Below, in pieces: positions 1-10,170 of a stretch of 64,000 nucleotides of DNA; within the stretch, counting starts at the first letter, position 1, and each line of letters opens with the position of its first letter. The notes under the pieces were generated by a model. That model had not been told where the DNA came from and searched no databases. It saw only the letters and a list, made by a program, of their open reading frames with translations. The translations under genes were made by a program, and so were the position numbers. The stretch covers positions 3,732,040 through 3,796,039 of the forward strand of contig SMSO01000035.1 in NCBI GenBank assembly GCA_004764695.1, given 5' to 3'. This DNA is from Schizochytrium sp. TIO01 (taxonomy: Eukaryota; Protista; Bigyra: Labyrinthulomycetes).

Positions 1-3000
1 TGCATGATTCAGATTCTGAAAGGTCGCTTTTAACCTGCTCCAGGTTGCTACGAAGATTCTCCACATCAGTCTTAGCGCGCGTATGTTCTTCTTCAAGGTG
101 TTTTAGCTCCCTTTTTGTAAGCTCAAGCTTTGACAATGCTGATTGTTGTTCTTCATGAAGTTCTGCATGTTTTTTATTCATGAGGCTACGCTCTGCTTCT
201 AAATTGTCTTGCGCAAGTTGCAGCTTTGTTACATAGTCTGCCTCGGTTTTCCTTTGTTCATTCAACAAGACCATCACTGCGGCTTTGTCACTATTCTGCT
301 GCTCAGCGAAGTGAAGCCTTTCTGTTTCCAGCAGCTCACAAGTTTCTTTCAATTGATGCTTTAAATTTTCAATGTCAACCTTCAGTTGTGTTCCCTGTGC
401 TCGCAGTGCAACATTTTCAGTCTTGAGTGCATCAATTTGAGCCTTTAGAACAGTGTGGAGCTTGTTATGCTGTTGTAATCTTGCATTTCGACACTTCTGA
501 TCTTCTAAATCAAGTAAGAGCTGTGCATTCTCACCACGCAGTTGCAGTATAGCATCATTTGCCACACTACCCTCAGATTCCTCACGATGCTCATTCACAA
601 CTTTTTGCTGAATTTTAGCGTTACAGCTACCTCCTAATAATACTGCATCAAAATCTCGATCTGAATTGGAAAGCACTTCACCATAACCTTGATAATTCGC
701 AGCTTCCTCTCCATCCAAGCTCTGCAACTGCTCAAGCTTTCTTCGCGCGTCTTGTAGTCTGTGTTGCAGAGCTTGATTTTGTGCCCGTAGTACTATATCT
801 TCCTCTGAACTGCCTTGTGTAGAGACTGCGCACTCTTGACTGCCACATTCATGAGACACTAAAGTCTGTCTCAACACAGCTACCTCTGCTTTGAGGTCTT
901 CAACATTATATTCCAATTGCAAATTCTGCGCTTGAAGCGCCATACTCTCTGTTGTGGTCGAACTAGTGTATTCTGATTTCTCATCTCTTAAATCACTGAT
1001 TTGCGCGAGTGCATCTTCAAGCCGTTTGCGGAGGGTTTCGCTTTCACCTTGCAATTTTTTCTCTTCGTCACGGAGGCTTTGTACAATATTCTCCAACCTC
1101 TTTTTAGAATCAATTTCGCCACGCAGGCGATCAAGCTCAACTGTATCTCTCTCGTGCTCGCCTTGAAGTCGGGCAAGCCTCGCTTTGAGATCTTCGATAT
1201 CATATCCATGTTCTATGTTTTGCGCTCGAAGATCTGTATTTTCCCGCTCCAGATTCGTTTGCAACTCCTTGTGCATCGAAGCATGGTTTGATAGCTTGAC
1301 GTCTGCTTCATCAAGCTTTGTGGTAAGTGTTGACGCTTGATCCTGAAGTCTTAAGTTTTCTTCGCGAAGCATTCCAAGTTCTGCTTGTAAAGACAAGTTC
1401 ATATCGGACTTTGATTGCATCTCTGCGTCAGCTTTGGCCATCATACAGTCTTGTTCGTCTTTAAGCTTGGCGAATTCCGACTTTAGGTCCTCTACTTCAT
1501 AATGTAAATCCAAATTTTGTGCACGCAATGCAGTGTTTTCAGCGTTTAGGTCTTGCATTTTACTGTCTGTACTATCCTCCTGGTTCTGTGAGTGACTACG
1601 CAATTCATCCCTCTCAGTGCTGACCTCATGCAATTTCGAGCGAAGAGCAGTATTCTCTCCACTCAACTCTTCCACTTGCTCTTTTAGATACACACTCATT
1701 TCCTCCTTGTCACGCAATGCTTCAAGATCGCCTATTATGCGGTCGCGCTCTGCCTGGCCATTTGAAACATCTCCTTTTAGGTCCTCAATCACATACTCTA
1801 GCTCTAGATTTTGCGCTCGGAGTGCAGTGTTTTCTGCGTTCATCTCGACTATTTGATTTTGTAATTTATCATGCATGTTGTCAACCTGGATATTATCCGT
1901 ACTTTTCCCTAAAGTACTATTGAAGTTGTCTTTCACTTCGTTTAGGTCATTGTTCAGGTCAACCATTTCAGATTTCAATCTACTGTTTTCTTCGTCAAGT
2001 TCATTTACATCACTGCTCAGCTGTACATTGTTAACCTCAAGTTCCGTTTTTGACTGGCGTAAAACAACTAAGTCAGCTTGTTGATTCTGCAGCTCCTCTA
2101 AATCACACTCAAGGCTTACAACCTTAGCTCGTAGGATGGTGTTTTCTGCGTTTACTTCCTGAAGGGTAGCTCGCAAACTAGAAACATCTGCTTCCTGATT
2201 TGATATCCATCCCAAATCGGTTTCTGAAAAGTGCATGTCTAGTTTTGTTTTTTCCCTGTGGACAAGTTCAGTGTCAGGTCCTGTGTGAAGCGTTGCATTT
2301 AGCTCCTCGGATGGAGATTCTAACTCAAGGGAAATACTATCACTCTCAATTCCATGCGAGAGACTGGCGTTGCGGGCCTTGTCTAATTCCTCCTCCAGGA
2401 TTCTGATCCTCTCATTTGCATCGTCTAGCTCCTTTCGAATGACAACGACCTCCAAACTACTCTTTTGTCCTGATGTTGGCCGAGTGGCATCTGAACCCAA
2501 ATGCGAAACGTTCGCCATGGCCTTCCCAGTGTCGATATCACTTGTTGATCCTCTTCGAACGCTTGGACGGGGTGGAATTTGAGGTGGATACCGTAAAAGC
2601 CGTTCCTGGCGGCTTTTCATGAGAAGGATGATTTTGGCACGGCGCTGCAGCTCAAGTTGAGCACATCTTAGGAGAAACGAGGCAGTCTGACTTTGATTTG
2701 TGTTTTCGGTCCCCTGGTTGCTTGTTGTTCTTCCTGCTCGCTTGTGCCGGATTTGTTTCTGATATCGCCGTACCTTTTCATTTGCTTCTTCCAAAGCAAA
2801 CTGTAAGCTAGAAATATCCTCCTCATGAGCTCTCTCGGACGCATCCAAGACCTTCTCGAGTTTTTCTTCAAATCGAACCCTTTCTTCTTCAAGCCTGCGT
2901 TGCAGGCATGACGTTAAGACTTGGAGATTTTCGACTTTCTTTCTACAGATTTCGCTTGTGGCGCTTTGCAAACTATTTTGAGTTCGCGGGGATAACTCCG

Positions 3001-3259
3001 TAGGCCTTGGAGGGACAATACGCAAAGAGAGCTCTTTCGTTAGCCTCGGGGTAGACTTTGCATTGCTGTTCTTGAAGTCTGAGAAAGATTCAACATCACC
3101 CCCATGAAGGTGCTTGCTTTCATGAATAACTCTAGCTTTCTCTTCGTCGCTTAGGACCAAAGAATCAAAAGACTGGCGTCGAGGCGATTCTGACGTTGAT
3201 GGAGATGGTGATGATGTTGGAGATACTGATGATATTGACGAATAAGTTCTTGACAACAT
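1..3259 (-). CDS. Large coiled-coil protein, partial (3' end runs off the window), >1085 aa
   Basis: Not in the ORF track because it has no stop in the window. ATG at 3259 (MLSRTYSSISSVSPTSSPSPSTSESPRRQSF...) is in the same frame as ...EQVKSDLSESESC at base 2 (frame spot-checked, not every codon). S/P-rich N-terminus, then E/K/L/Q heptad-rich sequence with a recurring 'NAENTALRAQNLELEYxIEDLK' motif. Confidence 0.85.
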   Translation of the reverse strand, partial: MLSRTYSSISSVSPTSSPSPSTSESPRRQSFDSLVLSDEEKARVIHESKHLHGGDVESFSDFKNSNAKSTPRLTKELSLRIVPPRPTELSPRTQNSLQSATSEICRKKVENLQVLTSCLQRRLEEERVRFEEKLEKVLDASERAHEEDISSLQFALEEANEKVRRYQKQIRHKRAGRTTSNQGTENTNQSQTASFLLRCAQLELQRRAKIILLMKSRQERLLRYPPQIPPRPSVRRGSTSDIDTGKAMANVSHLGSDATRPTSGQKSSLEVVVIRKELDDANERIRILEEELDKARNASLSHGIESDSISLELESPSEELNATLHTGPDTELVHREKTKLDMHFSETDLGWISNQEADVSSLRATLQEVNAENTILRAKVVSLECDLEELQNQQADLVVLRQSKTELEVNNVQLSSDVNELDEENSRLKSEMVDLNNDLNEVKDNFNSTLGKSTDNIQVDNMHDKLQNQIVEMNAENTALRAQNLELEYVIEDLKGDVSNGQAERDRIIGDLEALRDKEEMSVYLKEQVEELSGENTALRSKLHEVSTERDELRSHSQNQEDSTDSKMQDLNAENTALRAQNLDLHYEVEDLKSEFAKLKDEQDCMMAKADAEMQSKSDMNLSLQAELGMLREENLRLQDQASTLTTKLDEADVKLSNHASMHKELQTNLERENTDLRAQNIEHGYDIEDLKARLARLQGEHERDTVELDRLRGEIDSKKRLENIVQSLRDEEKKLQGESETLRKRLEDALAQISDLRDEKSEYTSSTTTESMALQAQNLQLEYNVEDLKAEVAVLRQTLVSHECGSQECAVSTQGSSEEDIVLRAQNQALQHRLQDARRKLEQLQSLDGEEAANYQGYGEVLSNSDRDFDAVLLGGSCNAKIQQKVVNEHREESEGSVANDAILQLRGENAQLLLDLEDQKCRNARLQQHNKLHTVLKAQIDALKTENVALRAQGTQLKVDIENLKHQLKETCELLETERLHFAEQQNSDKAAVMVLLNEQRKTEADYVTKLQLAQDNLEAERSLMNKKHAELHEEQQSALSKLELTKRELKHLEEEHTRAKTDVENLRSNLEQVKSDLSESESC

Positions 3260-4954
3260 TATCGTGACAAGCGGCCGCTAGATTTGACTTGTGTTTCTTT
3301 CGACGTCCTACGAGAGAAGTCCTTATGGAACGAGTACTTATCCAAACTAAATGCCGTACTTATAAATAAGAGAACTCTCAAGGCGTTCCCGAGTACCCTA
3401 GGGCTGCGACGATTGATTCAATACCTCAGGATGGAAAGACTTCACGTGGAGACCATAAGGAGCTTGCTTGATTTGTGGCCAAGAAACCCTTCTAATTTAC
3501 TAACGTTCAGATATTGACTTATTCTCTGTCTTTAAGCTGTGTGTACCATCTTGGGATGAAGTTTTCAACCCATGGAGAACAGTACGTACTTGCCTGCTAC
3601 AAGGCACAATAAATCTATCTAGTAAGAAGAACCCAGTTTCTCAAATAGCCGTTGAAATGTTCCGAAAGTTCTTCCTTGTTCATCTGTTGTTGGGCAGAGA
3701 TGCCAAATTAGAGATTTTTTCCCACTGATGCAGTCAGTTAGCCGGTACGGGTTGCCAAAGCAGACTAGGATCCCTCCACAAGGTGAAATTCTTACCGCCA
3801 ATGTATTAGAATCAGCATACTTCATATTATTTGCTTTGTATTTAATATTCAAGACAACATGCTTATTCCCTTAAGTTGGGAGGAGTTTCGCTTAATCTTC
3901 CTTTTTCAGGTATTTCCTTAGGAGTAAATATAATAAACAAAAAGTCACTATCTTGACTCCACTAAGACTCTGATAAGGAGTCTCATAGTCATGAACGACT
4001 TGTTCTTTTGGAGTCGTTCTGTGCGGTAATGAAATGCTTATCGCATAAAGGTGAGGCATGCAATGCCAACCTCAGGGGGTCGAAATTATTACGGCTCCCG
4101 CGTCATCTTCCATCGCACGATGGCGAGTGCCCGTGGACTTCTCCTCTGGGATTGGCCTTTAGTTGAGCCGGGATGGGATGTCGGTGGCCAAAGACGAAAG
4201 GTAAATCATACCTATGTTTATGTGGAGTCCAAGTTGTAGTCCATTTATCAGTTCGCCAGGCTACGATATCTGTAAACCTGTGACAATAAAACATCATCTT
4301 ATTTTCGATAAAAGACAACAACGACTCCAACAATAACATCTAAGACCCAGTTGCTACAAACGTAGGAGGGCGTGAAGCCGCCCAGTAAGCAGAGAACTAA
4401 TTTCGTGAGCCTTGCTGCCCCAGTACGCAAAGTTGCAGTGCCTGAGGTAGGAGAACCCCGCAAGGGAAGAAAGACTTGTATGACCACATCTTGATGGACA
4501 TCCTACAGTCTTCTCTCAAGCAATAGAGTTGACAAGCAGAAGAGCTAAGTCGGAGGCGACTCCTTGCCGGAACTCCATAACGACAGATTCAAAACCTCGA
4601 ACGCGCGTTCGTTGGTTACGTTGAAGCAATTGCGTTTGTATAAAACGGCAAAACGTGCCCGTCTTGCTTGACTACCTGACTGACTCCTCCAGTACAAAAG
4701 CCTGTTTGAGCAAGCGTCGGAGTGAACGTACTCTTGCGAGTAATCAGCTTCAAACTAACCGAGGCTGAAGCAGCAGAGTCCAAACCTAAAGCTTCTCAGG
4801 TGGTGAGACATTCGTCGTAGAAGGGGACCAATTGCGCATTACGTTCATATCAAACAAAGTCATAGCATCAAGCTAGATCCCCAATTCCAAGCTCATTCTA
4901 TCAAGTTCTTTTGGTCACTCGCATCTTTGCACACGCTCATTCTACCACCACAAA

Positions 4955-6484
4955 ATGCTCCAACGTGACTCGGCAAGAGTTGAAAATGTTTCCTTAGAAG
5001 AGATTCTCGGCACGAGAGACGCTCTTCGACAAGAGGAGAGTGCTAATAGCCCCAAATTGCATCGTGGGAGCCTAGAGATCGATGATGAGCAAGATGACAA
5101 TAATCGATTTCTTGGTTCAGGAGTACCAGGCGTTGGCGGAAGTGCTTGGGGTGTGAGCCCTTGGTATGTCTTTGTGTTGGTTACGACAGCGTTTACTACC
5201 GATAATATCGCTGGCCCCTATGCGTTTCAACAAAGTGGGTGGATCGCCGGGTTCTTCTTTTTTGTATTTGGAGTGGCGTGCTCATACTACACAGGCGTGC
5301 TTCTTGGCAACCAGTCCATTCCGGAGCAGGATGAAGCAAGCTATCCTCGAATTACTGCACGTGCACTTGGTAGAGGAGGTCATTACTTCGCGCTGGTTAT
5401 GCAAGTCGCAAGCTATTTTACTCTGGTCGTGGTGCTGCTAGTCAAGCTCGGACTGTGGATGTCCCTCGCGGCGCGTCATGTTTCGGAGGAGAATCGACTT
5501 TGCATTACCTCACTTGTGATCATTTCAGCGATGATCTTGGTTGTTCTCGTGCAGACTCCTACATTCAAGCATGTCACGCCTCTAGCGGCTCTTGCAGTAG
5601 CTTTTTCGCTGCTTCGTCTGGTCCTTGTTTATGTTCAGATGGGCAGATACGATATGCTGCAGAACTGCGAACCTTCTTACGAGCTCCCCCAAGAAGAAGG
5701 GTCAACCTTCATGACATTTTTCAGAGGTCTTTCGACGTTCATGTGGATGCTTGGTGGTCACGGTATGTTTCCCGAAGAAATTCGTGAAATGCGAGATCCC
5801 GAAGTTCACTATTACAAAGCACTCAACTGGGCATATGGCTTGATTGTTGTCCAATATCTAATGACAATTATTCCAGCATATCTGGTTTGGGGGTCCTGGA
5901 CAACTCCTTTGTTAGTTGATAATCTCCCGGACGATAACATTACTTCGGCAATTGTCATCCTCTCCGTTGTTTGGATGTTTATTGAAGCAGCAATTAGCAA
6001 CTTGTTGCTCTGCTTGACAGTTGAGGTACACGTTTATAACCTGTCTCCTTTGCAGCATTTTATTCGTAAAGAGGGAGAACTCATATTTCCTGCGGTAAAG
6101 CGTGGTTTGCACCGTGTGTTTGTAGTTCTTTTGCAACTCTTTTTTGCAGTAATGCTTCAAGATGCTGGCGTCGGCAATATTCAGGCTTTTGTCGGAGCCT
6201 TTGGTTTCGGAGCTCTCACTTTCTGGCTTCCCTACATTCTCGAAATGTTCCGCGTTCCCAAGTTTCGTGGACTTCATACTGTCCTTCTCATCATCGGCTT
6301 GGTTGTGTCTGTTTTCGGCATGTACACATCGCTTGCCTCAATTCACGAAGCTACTCAGGGTACACTTTTTTCAAGCGAGTGCAAACATCTAGACCTTTTA
6401 GATGAAGAATCAGGTCCATGCGTATACACATTATCTGGCTTCATCGAAGATAATGTGACCGTAATCTATGATGGCCTTAACTAA
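4955..6484 (+). CDS. Amino acid/auxin permease (AAAP, Aa_trans) family transporter
   Basis: 509-aa ORF with ~11 hydrophobic helices and family-like motifs 'PYAFQQSGWIAG', 'SYYTGVLL', 'GGHGMFPEEIREMRDP', 'AFVGAFG'. Confidence 0.85.
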   Translation: MLQRDSARVENVSLEEILGTRDALRQEESANSPKLHRGSLEIDDEQDDNNRFLGSGVPGVGGSAWGVSPWYVFVLVTTAFTTDNIAGPYAFQQSGWIAGFFFFVFGVACSYYTGVLLGNQSIPEQDEASYPRITARALGRGGHYFALVMQVASYFTLVVVLLVKLGLWMSLAARHVSEENRLCITSLVIISAMILVVLVQTPTFKHVTPLAALAVAFSLLRLVLVYVQMGRYDMLQNCEPSYELPQEEGSTFMTFFRGLSTFMWMLGGHGMFPEEIREMRDPEVHYYKALNWAYGLIVVQYLMTIIPAYLVWGSWTTPLLVDNLPDDNITSAIVILSVVWMFIEAAISNLLLCLTVEVHVYNLSPLQHFIRKEGELIFPAVKRGLHRVFVVLLQLFFAVMLQDAGVGNIQAFVGAFGFGALTFWLPYILEMFRVPKFRGLHTVLLIIGLVVSVFGMYTSLASIHEATQGTLFSSECKHLDLLDEESGPCVYTLSGFIEDNVTVIYDGLN

Positions 6485-8319
6485 TTAATAAAAACACACA
6501 AATAAGCACCATCTAGACCTAAATTCGATTCTTTTAATGAAACAACATTCTTGAAGTCTTTGATTATAGAATCAATGTATATTCATGTCCTATTTGACTC
6601 ATGATAAAGTCTTTTTTTATAGTTATGACAACCTTCTCTTTGTGTATTCTTAAAATCCACTGCGTAATCAGGATCTGTGGTGCTTATGCGTTTTGTGAAG
6701 AAACAATTGTGCCTTTAGCGGTACATTCTGGTCAACTTGTATTTTAAACTTGTTATTCGCTCTCAGATCTCCCTCACACTAGCTAGATACTTCCCTCACA
6801 CTAAATATGAATCAGTCTTTATAGCAGCTCCTTTTATAGCATGTGTACATGATCCCGTCGCACAACTTCTGTGAGGGTTCTCTTTCCTCGGCGAAGGCTT
6901 GGTCTTCACCGTGTGCGGTGCCTGGGAGCGTTAGCGAAGAAGGCGGTCAATGTCCAAAGTGCGATTTTACTCCTACCAATTACGCTAACTGGTGACTAAT
7001 CGCTCACTCACTCACTCACTTCGACTGTTGTCTGTTCGTCTGTTTGTTTCTTCTATAAAGGAGCGACGCTTCTCTGCTAAACGTGGAAACAGACAACCCT
7101 CTCAGAGATCAATCGATCCAAGCACAAATGCACGAAACAGAGAAGCAAGTAAGCAAGCAGGTAAAGCAATCAAGTAAAGCAAGCAAGCAATCCAAGGTGA
7201 AATACCATAACGGGAGCGTCTTGTTTGCAATAGACGACCCCAGGAGGGCTCGTGCTAAACATGCAGCCCGTGCCAACGATTTCTTGCAGCGTAAAACCCT
7301 GAGCAAATGATGTGATGGCAGTGGCCTTTGAGGTAGTGCGCACTTCGAAACTATCGAGTGCGATCCTACGTCTTGTCCTCGAATGCCCACCTATCACATC
7401 TTCGTAAGCCGTGGAATTGCACGGAATTCAACCTTACACAGTCATCATTATCTCCATCCTCACCCCGAACACTGCCCAGATACCTAGGTGCGCGGACTCA
7501 AGCCGTCCAGTGAACGAAATAAGGTCTGCGACCGCGATCAGAGCAGCGCAAGACCTTGTGTTTGTCTGCAAGTCTGTCTGTCTGTCTGTCTGTCTGAGAA
7601 AGTGCCATCCACCACCGTGTCCATGGCACCCGGAGATGATCGATCGAAGCGGTTCTCCGCAGGCTGCGTTGCTCAAGTTCCGGCCCATAGCGAGGACAAG
7701 AGCGCACGCGAAGGCCAGGGCTTACGCCACGTGAGAATCACGTTACGGTCGGGGTAAAAGTTTAGGAGCTGGCGCAAGGGAAAGAAGTGAGCCACGCCAA
7801 GATTTTGAGCTGCCTCTCGTGGCCAAGTAGAGCCTAGGTGGAGCAGAGCACTCTTTCTCACTTGGCCCTCCTCCACCTCGATGATTGGTGCCTGCCTCCT
7901 GCTTACTCCCCGCGCCCTCCAGCAGCAGGTAGCTAAGCTAGACCTCAGGTCCGTGGACGTAGAAGTAGTGGACGAAGGAGTTGCTTTGGTACCCAATTTG
8001 TAGTGTACGGTATGTTGTGTATATGCGCATACCCAAGTGTTAAGAACCGGTGCAGTTCCAGGATGATCTTTGACGCGAAAGTTTACACAATTACAGTCTC
8101 TGGGCTGGCCACGTTGGGTTTCATTCACTGCGAGCGGGACGAGGCAAAACCTGAATGAGGTTGAGGAGGCTGGGTACGCACGTACTACCTCAGAAGAGGG
8201 ACTTGCTCATTACGCGCTCACAAAAGCAAAGCAGCCCAAAGTCCCAAGTTGGACGGAGTCAAGTTCCGAGAGGAAAGGGTGCATAAGGGAAGGGGCGAAG
8301 AGGCTTGAGCGCAAGAAAC

Positions 8320-9306
8320 ATGTCGCTGGAGAATGGAGAGCCAACGCCAGCGCTGGTGGAGCCGATTTTTGCAAAGACCATTACCTCGACGGTCTCTGAG
8401 GAAGGTAAAGACGGAAGCGATGCACAGGCGGAGAAAAATATTGCTGTTACTATTGATAGTGAGTCTAAGCCTGTGACGGAAGTTGCGCAAGCTACGGACA
8501 AAAGTATGGAAAACAACTCTTCGGCTACTAGCCTAGAGAAACCCAAGCCCTTGGACTGTTGGGAGCCATACCCAATTGAGTACGACGGCTGGATAATGTC
8601 GCATAATGCAATTCGTCTTGATTTCAATGATTATATTGTTCTCGTTGACAGTATTTTACCCAACCATTTTGCAGCTGACAAGATGCAGCCATGGATGGGA
8701 GACAACCTGGTGTTTTGGTGGGAATTCATCTGCAAACTTGTTCATGAACATCACGACCACGAAGAAGAAATCTTCTTTCCAGAAATGAACAAGCGTGTTC
8801 AACTACCCGCAAAAATGACAGCTGATCACAAGACTCTCATGCAGAATATGCAGAATTCTATTGATGCAACCAAGGCCTTGGCAGAGGCTATCAAAGAATC
8901 AAAACCGTCCGAAGAGCTGGAATCCTTGCGAGCACAGCTTTCAGGAATCGTGCACTCCCTAAATGCGGATATGTGCGCTCATTTTGCTGAGGAAGAAGAA
9001 ATTGGTCTTCCGCTCTTCCGAGCCAACTTTACCAAAAAGGAGTCAGACAAGATCGAAGCTCGTATTCTGAAAACCATACCCCCTCTGCACATTGGCAACT
9101 TCCTTCGCCCGCTCGAGGAGCCAGATCGTCGCATGTATATGAAGAAGGTAGCCAAAATCCCTGCGCCTGTCGTTCATTTTATTCTCTGGCCCAAGGCAAA
9201 GGACAAGGGTGCGTACTACCAAACCTATACTCGTCTATACGACGAAATAAAGCTTGCAGAGCGTATTCCTAAGCAAAAATCAGATGGAAAGTGCATCATT
9301 CTTTGA
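8320..9306 (+). CDS. Hemerythrin/HHE cation-binding domain protein with C-terminal CaaX box
   Basis: ATG at 8320 (the track's start at 8305 is TTG). Di-iron ligand pattern 'SHNAIR', 'HEHHDHEEEIFFP', 'DHKTL', 'HFAEEEEIGLP'. Ends ...DGKCIIL*. Confidence 0.85.
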   Translation: MSLENGEPTPALVEPIFAKTITSTVSEEGKDGSDAQAEKNIAVTIDSESKPVTEVAQATDKSMENNSSATSLEKPKPLDCWEPYPIEYDGWIMSHNAIRLDFNDYIVLVDSILPNHFAADKMQPWMGDNLVFWWEFICKLVHEHHDHEEEIFFPEMNKRVQLPAKMTADHKTLMQNMQNSIDATKALAEAIKESKPSEELESLRAQLSGIVHSLNADMCAHFAEEEEIGLPLFRANFTKKESDKIEARILKTIPPLHIGNFLRPLEEPDRRMYMKKVAKIPAPVVHFILWPKAKDKGAYYQTYTRLYDEIKLAERIPKQKSDGKCIIL

Positions 9307-10170
9307 AAGTGCAGTCGTATCTGCGCCTAATAAGTTAAGCTTTGCAATGCCACATTCAGACATATTAGAACACGCGAAAGAAACTTTGAAAAAGAAATAA
9401 TCTTTTTCTATTTTAAAAAAAGAAAAGAAAAAGGGTTTGCTTAAATTTTTTAATTCTGGAAAAAAGAATTTGCGAATATATGCTTCTGAATCCTTCGTTG
9501 TCAAGGGGGTTTTCTAAGATCATCGATCTAACAAGGCTTACTTGCGGAAATCAAGCCAAGGCTAGTATTTCAGGGCGCATTGCACCCCACAATGCTCCAT
9601 ATTATATATATATATAATAAATCTAGATCAATGCAATAGGCTTCTCTAGTAGGTGTAAGAACAAAAGTCAAACGCAAGAATGCTATCGCTGTCCGTACTC
9701 AAGTGCCAGGGATTAATATCACCTCATGAGACACGTGGACACAAACATGTGACAATTGCATATCACATGTTAGTTCTTTAGAAATAAGAACGAAATAGAG
9801 TAGTGATATTGAGCATCTTTTTCTGCAGAACTATATTTAGATTGTATTGAAGAAGGCCGATTGTACATTGCCACCACCTTCCCTCAGTTCCCTCTTCTTT
9901 CATTTCTCATAAGTAGTTAGGTACCAGACCTATCTACGCTTTCTCAGTCCATAAAAACTAATCTGGATGAAAAACGACTGTCGCTGTAATTGGGACGCCT
10001 GGTAAGTGTCACCACCTTCATTATTTTACCGTTGAAGGAATGCGTAGTTGAATGCGACCACCTACTGCTGTATGATTTTAATTGGTCTATATGATGAGGC
10101 CTTCCTTTTAGTTATCGAGGACTGGTTTTTACGATAAAGCAAAACTGGGATTGCAGGCAGGTGTTTTATC

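Noticed and set aside
6990-8250. Cluster of short overlapping ORFs with (AAGC)n and (TCTG)n repeats
   Set aside because: Microsatellite-rich intergenic DNA; no ORF carries a recognisable domain.
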